Shown: one piece after another, positions 9,966 to 16,848 of the stretch | Layout of the letters: every line of letters starts with the position of its first letter | How positions within the stretch are numbered: position 1 is the first letter of the stretch | Source of the DNA: Ginkgo biloba | Taxonomy: Eukaryota > Plantae > Ginkgophyta | DNA: 16,848 bases | Assembly: GCA_024626585.2 (NCBI GenBank) | Contig: JANKJI020000002.1 | Location: forward strand, 97,477,048-97,493,895 | Reading direction: 5' to 3' | Made by a program: the position numbers and the translations under genes | The notes under the pieces: model-generated | What the model was told of the DNA's origin: nothing | Databases searched by the model: none | Seen by the model: only the letters and a program-made list of their open reading frames with translations

Positions 9966-12580
9966 GATGCTAGAGTCCAAGTTATAAAAAAGGCTACCAT
10001 AGTATTAACAATCCTATTTTATGCCCTTACCTTACACCTAATTTGAACATGTTGCACCATAAATTAACATAAATAAATACTTGCATCTATGTGTACAATT
10101 TATTACCATGATTATGTATGTCATTATTATCATGAATGAATGAACACATGTATGTGAATAATGTAATTTGAATGTATGCATGTATCTCTATGGTGTTCTT
10201 TATTTCAAATTGTGAAAGCTACTTAATTGTGTGTATCATAAATAAATATAAATGAATATTAGACTACGGAAGATTTAGAATGCTAGTTTTGATTTTGCTA
10301 TAAGTTTGCTAATGCTTAATGTATGCCATTAACAAGGGTTACCCTATACATTGAATGTGCTTATTCTACAACAAAGTTATGTGGCTTGTGTGCAAGTTCA
10401 AGGGCTAGCAATTACACACAATCATTTGACTAGATTCTTTAGTTAACATCGAACAACAAACCACTTATAACTTGCTTCAACTTTAAGGAACAAAATCATA
10501 AATGTCCTCGTAAACACGTACTTAATCACACCACAATTACTAAAACACAACGTCCATTTTTCTTTTATGTATTTTCACTACACTTTTAACTTTTAAAAAG
10601 TCCAACTTAAAAACTAAATTTAAGCCCCATTAGTATGGGTCCAAACAATTGATAAATTAAAATCAACATTGGAACTTTAGAGTGTAGTTTTCTCAAGATG
10701 TACACAAATGGCAAAAACAATTTCTTGTCACTCTCGATCAAATCGTATATGTGATTGTCGAATGGCAATCTCTAACAACAATTCACTATGGGTCTAAGCA
10801 ATGCTAGGCTCTGGACATTTCTTCAATTGCACTTCCAAGTCTTTAATCAAGCCTCCACTCACCTTTACAATTTTCCTACAATCTTACTTTAATGTTATTC
10901 GATTGAAATAACATACTAATAAGAAACACAACATTATATATTACAAATGATATTTATAATTCTATGACATATTATTGATGTTACTACATTACCATATCTC
11001 ACTCTCTCATATTTTGTGATATGTGCATTTTCATGATGCAATCTATAATACATATTTACTCAATGTTTAGAGAATCCTTTCTTTTTTCTATAAATTTTTT
11101 AATAATATTTTTGTATCTTTATATAATATTGAAATTCATTAAAATTATTTCTCAAAATATCCTTTCATACAAAATTTGAATTAAAGTTTACTCATTTTGG
11201 TCTTACATAATGTGTAGAGCCAATTCTTATAAAGATACTTTTAACCTTTATAATCTTATTCTTGGAACTTTAAATATTGTGGAAACAATGGATAATCTTT
11301 GAATACTAAATATTTATTATGCAAATTTACTGACACTTAAGAAATATTTAATAACTATAGATGCTTCTAGCTGAACCAATAATTCTTTACTTAATGTATA
11401 AATCTTACTCAATTATTAAAGTATTTAAATTATACATATAGGAACTAGTAATAGAATTAATCTAATACCAAATGATAAGCAAGAATAGAAACAAAACAAG
11501 TTCTCATAGAATTGGTCTATTATGATTTTCATTCAATGATCATTAATATGTATAAGAGTTGATACAAGTATATATATAATTTTAACAATGTAACTGTCCT
11601 TTATGGACTCACCACTTGTCCTTTAACTTTTAACACATATCATCCTAAGGACTAACCGTAATATATCTCACCATTTTACTAGTTTAATACTACAATAAAT
11701 ATAAAGTGTTTATAACATTAGGTTTTGAACATAATTACAAAAATGTAAACATTAATTCTAACAAGTAGAAGTGATATTATTAAAGACATGAATACTCATT
11801 AACTATCTTAACTTTCTATAGGTAAACTAATGAAAAAACTTTTACTTGGTGACATTCATGTTGAAAAACATGATAAATCAAGACAAATCATGTTATCCAA
11901 ATAACTTTGTTTATTTCCCTACCCTTTACTAGGATGTTTTTTGAAATAATTTGAATATATAGTTATTTTCATTTGTATTAATACATTAATATCAATATAT
12001 ACCATATTAATATTGACGTATTTAGTATTTAAAATGTTTGTTACTAATATATATTATAGGGAAAAATGTTGAATCAATTATTTAACCCCAAATATATTTA
12101 TTATGACATTTGTTTNNNNNNNNNNNNNNNNNNNNNNNNNNNNNNNNNNNNNNNNNNNNNNNNNNNNNNNNNNNNNNNNNNNNNNNNNNNNNNNNNNNNN
12201 NNNNNNNNNNNNNNNNNNNNNNNNNNNNNNNNNNNNNNNNNNNNNNNNNNNNNNNNNNNNNNNNNNNNNNNNNNNNNNNNNNNNNNNNNNNNNNNNNNNN
12301 NNNNNNNNNNNNNNNNNNNNNNNNNNNNNNNNNNNNNNNNNNNNNNNNNNNNNNNNNNNNNNNNNNNNNNNNNNNNNNNNNNNNNNNNNNNNNNNNNNNN
12401 NNNNNNNNNNNNNNNNNNNNNNNNNNNNNNNNNNNNNNNNNNNNNNNNNNNNNNNNNNNNNNNNNNNNNNNNNNNNNNNNNNNNNNNNNNNNNNNNNNNN
12501 NNNNNNNNNNNNNNNNNNNNNNNNNNNNNNNNNNNNNNNNNNNNNNNNNNNNNNNNNNNNNNNNNNNNNNNNNNNNNNNN

Positions 12581-14287
12581 GAGACAGAGAAGATCAGGAC
12601 AACCATACAATATATAGAGGGGCCTGCGCATACTTGGGGAGCAAGATGGTAGGCTCGAAACCAATTATTAGTAAGACCATTCGAGAGATTTATTGACTAT
12701 TTCTTTCAAAGGGTTGATCGCAACTGGAATGAGGGCCACTTCGCACTCTCCGATGTCTACAGGTAAAGGAGATTAATTACGATGCATTAAATTTTTTTAA
12801 AGTACCTTTCGAGGTACTTTAAGAGACCACCAAAAGTTGTGTGAATTAACACACGCTATTTCGAGTTATCCTTAACAGAACCTAATAACAACATCCAATG
12901 CGAAGCGAAGCAATTTAGTCTTGTAGTTTAATTTACTTTAACGAGCAGTGGGAAGTCGCCCTGAATTGTATAACATCCAGCTAGCTCATCTATACCAAAG
13001 GGAAATGTCCATAGAAGACTACACAAAAAAATTCCAAACACTCGAAACTCAAGCAAAAATGGATGTTGAGGATGTGTGTGAATTTTATATTATGAACTTG
13101 AGACCCAAGACAAGAGAAAATGTCACAATGTTTCAACCAAAATTCTAGGAGGCAACAATCTTCTATGCACAGCAGGTGGAAGAAAGGCATCAGGCCTTTA
13201 AATGAAGGTACCTCCTGAATCAAAGAAAGACCATACACCATGAACAAAGTGGAAGGATAATGGAAAGGCCACTGGCAAATCGAACGAATGACCAAAAAGG
13301 GAGAGAACCAAAACTGGAACAAAGAACTTGTTACCAATGTAGGGAAACTTGGACACGGGACCACAAATGCAATCAAAATAAATTATTTATGGTGGATGAT
13401 CAAAGAAGGCAAGACGATGAAGTAGTAAAAGAACAAGGGGAAGATCAAGCACAAGAAAATAACGACATCAACCACCAAAGCGAGGAATCAAGGCTTGAAT
13501 CTAGCATAAACATGGGAGAACTAGAAATCTCATTTTCAGCCATGACAAGGCTAAGGCGTCTCAACGCATTCAAAACACACGACTTCATCAAGAAAAGTTA
13601 AGTTGTTAGTAACGGTTGACCCTAAAAGCACCCTACACATACTAGATAAGAAACAGATCAAACGATTAGGGCTCTATGTGGATACCAACGAAAGATTCCC
13701 AATAAGTGTGCCAGGGAAAAGGAAGGTCATGTTTGGAGTGGCGCACAATGTGGTTCTAAAATTAGGAGAATACACCATTAAAGATTCCTTTTTGTAACTA
13801 AGGTAGGAGGAATATATGCAATTCTTGGGGTGCAATGTTGAATCAAATTAAGAACATACAGGACAAATCACAAGAGGATTTCATCACATTCACTCTTGAA
13901 GGTAAGACGTACACTATCAAGGGAGTAAGGTCCAGTGAGAACAAGGTGGTAAGTTCACAACAAATGAATAAAATTTTATGAAAAGGGTATTTTGGTTTCA
14001 TAATTCGACTATACAGTATGGAAGCGCCAGAATCGATTGAGGCAACATCACCCTTGCAATATCAGAGTAAGGGCATCAAACAAATCCTTAGTAAACATCA
14101 GCTAGTCTTCCAAGGGATACTAAAGGAGAATCCACCAGATAGAGGAATGGAACATAAAATAGAAGTATACCCATTCAAATCTCTATATGGTTACAAATGC
14201 CTAGACATAAAGGACCTTATACTCAAAGAATCAAAAGTCCCAGCAGCACTTAACTTAATTGTCAAAATGCAGGAAGTCACAAGAATC
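12581..14287 (+). mobile_element. Degenerate Ty3/gypsy (chromovirus-like) gag-protease element with internal pol deletion
   Basis: Gag: EKIRTTIQYIEGPAHTW..FERFIDYFFQR and LAHLYQREMSIEDYTKKFQTL. Zn knuckle CYQCRETWTRDHKC (13329-13370). Decayed protease VDPKST (for IDSGST, 13618) and AILGVQ. Pre-RT KQILSKHQLVF..PPDRGMEHKIE followed by integrase-tail YPFKSLYG. Many stops and frameshifts; both ends run into gaps. Confidence 0.9.
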
Positions 14288-14479
14288 NNNNNNNNNNNNN
14301 NNNNNNNNNNNNNNNNNNNNNNNNNNNNNNNNNNNNNNNNNNNNNNNNNNNNNNNNNNNNNNNNNNNNNNNNNNNNNNNNNNNNNNNAGTAAATCTATCG
14401 CTTTCTGATGTCCCGATGCCCTTTGCATTCTCAAATTATTCCATTCACATAATCTGTCAAATGATTGACATTGGTATGA

Positions 14480-15775
14480 GTTGTAGGCATCTAAATATAA
14501 AGTACTCCTCTATCTCCATCTTCAAAGAGCATAATCTACTCCCTTGGAATATGGTGATCCACCTCAACTCTGGGCTTCTGTGAGCAAACTCTAATCTAGC
14601 CTATAGGAAACCTCAAACCATGAAGGCAATGTCATCAAATATAACACCATTAGATATGTAAGAAATGTTCTTCGTAAAAGGCACGTGAAACTAAGTGATA
14701 CTAATATAGAGCATCTAGATATATTCTTGAATAGATTCATTAATCCCCTTCTCGATGAGTTGGAAATTAATAGAATCCAAAAAGAATTTATGAGGGCGGA
14801 CAATCTATTAAAATACCAATAAATTGGAGTGATGAGGAACCCTCATAGTAGGAACAACATCTATGAGGAAACTGATCAAATGCAACTAGACACTAAAATG
14901 AGCAAAGGGTCAAGTATGGATATTTTTCTCTCTCAGCAATTGTCTTGGCCATAAAATGCACTCTATGAAGGAAGGATACAAGTATGAAAATAGCCTCAAT
15001 GCGAAGAGGTTGTACATTAAAATTTATCTGGGAGAGACTTTGTCGCATTGTTTGCTTGGAATGTACGATACGTTGAAGCATAATAGAATGTAACCTCTCT
15101 AAATGTGCCCATTCTGTTGAGTTAGACTTAGCTCCCATATCTGCAAACCATACATCATTGTGGCTTTCACCAAGCCATCAAAAATTGGCAACATAGGGCA
15201 TGTATCCCAAAAATTAAGTTGAATGCAATTCTCTTCAAAGTTGCAAGTGAGGCATATCCTTTACATAATCTAGCCAGAGAAGTAGACTAGTAAACTACAA
15301 TCCTAAATAAGTATATGTAGTGGTGAGAACCACCTACCCTCTATAAATGAAGAGAAGTCTCAAGAAAGAGTCTATGAGGTATTTAAGGCCATGACCTTAG
15401 TTTTACTGAGGTTGACTTCCAATTTCACGAGCTAACGAATCCATCTACCTTTACGACCCCTCAAAAGTGGAGAATATAAGGACAATGTCATCAGCAAAGA
15501 GAAGGATGGAGATCAAAATCATGCAAAAAGCAGGCATATTCAAAAAGTGTCTCTCTAAGATATTGCTCCACTTTAACCATTATAAGCCAACAAGTGGGTG
15601 ACAAAGGACATCCTTATTTAACCCCAACAGTGCTTTTGATTTCAAAAGAAGCTCCTCTTTGCATATGGATACAACCTAAAACCGTCTCATAAAGAGTCAT
15701 GACTACTAAGATTACAATCATTGGAATACTGAGAGTATGAAGTCTCTCAAAAAGAAGTTATTTGGAACATGTCCA
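14480..15775 (-). mobile_element. 5'-truncated, degenerate non-LTR retrotransposon (LINE) ORF2: RT plus C-terminal Zn-finger region
   Basis: Minus strand reads VP..LLFERL, GVK*GCPLSPT (about 15628-15593), ISILLFADDIVL (FADD 15498-15487), LEVNLSKTKVM, YTYLGL, FDGLVKATMMYG, then IRVCSQKPRVEVDHHIPRE/RLC..EEYFIFRC. Confidence 0.9.
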
Positions 15776-15799
15776 GAATACAATCTCAAATTCCATCTA

Positions 15800-16500
15800 A
15801 AGCCTCATCTACAAAGTTTGGAGTAAAGGGTCATTAGTTCGAGGGACTCATGACATAGTAAGTATGCACGTCTCTATTTTTAGGGCTTAGAGATTTCCCT
15901 AGAAATTACACGCATATTTATCAACACAAATGCCAATAATCTGCTTGTCGCACCTATTTTTTTATGTAGATTCCTCCCCATGCAAATATCTCTATAGTGG
16001 AAGGCAACACCCAATGGTACAAATCTATAAGAACATCGAAGATGATCACTAAGATTTATAATGAAAAGTCACCTTCTCAAAAGTGTGTTGCAGCCCAACT
16101 TGGAAACAATAAACTAACCAAGGACGTATGGGTTAGTTAACCATCATCTTGAAGTTGAGATGGTAGTTTTGGAAATAATTCACAAAAAACACCTAAATGA
16201 AATGTCAAATGACATTTTAGCTTTAATTTGAATGTCCAAGAGTTTGGCCTCATCGTGTCCTTTAACATGAGTAATTATGAACCCCAAAGGGATGTCAAAT
16301 GAGAGATTTATGAACATTTGAAGTTTGTTAATTGTCAAGAAATTTTCATTATGAAATTTCGTTGCCCTCAGGCTTAAAGACTCCAGTCAACTTGCAAATA
16401 AGGGCAACTCCTAAAAGGATGGGTTAGGATTTTGGCTAGTCCCAAGTGGACATAAGCAGACATTTCAAAGCCTTATTTGGATCAATAGTCAATCTTTGAA
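15800..16500 (+). mobile_element. Highly degenerate Ty1/copia RT-RNase H remnant
   Basis: With frameshifts: YF(L)GLEI..IFI...NNLL near 15875-15950, CVAA...DVW near 16085-16135, and G.VRI..VPS...ADI..KP near 16415-16475 (copia ADIFTKPL). Confidence 0.6.
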
Positions 16501-16823
16501 AAATAGTCCCTTTTTCTTCACTATCAAGCAAAGCATGCCATGGTACTATATTTTCTTCCCTAGAGAGGGCTTTGTCGGGTTTCTTCAAGTGTACGGAGTA
16601 AACAAACATGTCTCAACTTCTTCTTCAAGCATATTTTGTAATATCTAAACGCCTAATGAAGTAATTGCATGGTTCAAGTTTTCCCCCCTAAAGAGAGGAC
16701 AATTAGTTTGCTTATTGTCGTTAAAATTTTTTAATATGATTTAGTGTTGATTTCTTTTGTCTTACTGCCCAAAGAGGACTTGTGTTTTAGGGTTTGGGTT
16801 GAGGGCCTTAGGTACTCTCACGC

Positions 16824-16848
16824 GAGGGGGGAGTGTTGGAGTTCCTAA
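16824..16848 (+). mobile_element. Polypurine tract (16824-16833) and start of 3' LTR (TGTTGG from 16834)
   Basis: GAGGGGGGAG directly followed by TGTTG, the usual copia PPT/LTR junction, downstream of the RNase H remnant. Confidence 0.75.

Noticed and set aside
10900-12115. Very AT-rich tract as a MITE or Helitron
   Set aside because: No TIRs, TSD or terminal hairpin/CTRR identified.
12713-12948. Gag insert as a spliceosomal intron, group I intron or hammerhead ribozyme
   Set aside because: The GT-AG pairs tested (12713 to 12948; 12773 to 12926 or 12948) do not restore the gag frame. Group I R/S-like words (AGAGACCAC, TTAGTC) mispair and P/Q are absent. There is no CUGAUGA/GAAA core.

Overview
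Gap-rich draft assembly of land-plant nuclear DNA; the very long TE-filled intron and the element types suggest a gymnosperm (inference). The minus strand carries four exons of TRM1, tRNA (guanine-N2,N2)-dimethyltransferase (1-67, 399-611, 829-934, 2570-2657), with canonical GT-AG introns. The central exons are missing and probably lie in the 737-N gap. No 5' exons were found, so 2658 to the window end is probably one giant intron (>14 kb). It holds a stack of decayed elements: a 40-bp minisatellite, a decayed spliced gene with a coiled coil and zinc ribbon, a 2.4-kb solo-LTR-like unit with TSD and CCGAC motif cluster, an internally deleted Ty3/gypsy gag-protease element, a 5'-truncated LINE, and a Ty1/copia pol remnant with PPT and 3' LTR start. 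A Ty3/gypsy RT fragment lies in the intron at 1030-1362. I see no prokaryotic system or CRISPR array and no convincing new biological system. The most notable oddities are TE-level and are listed under findings.
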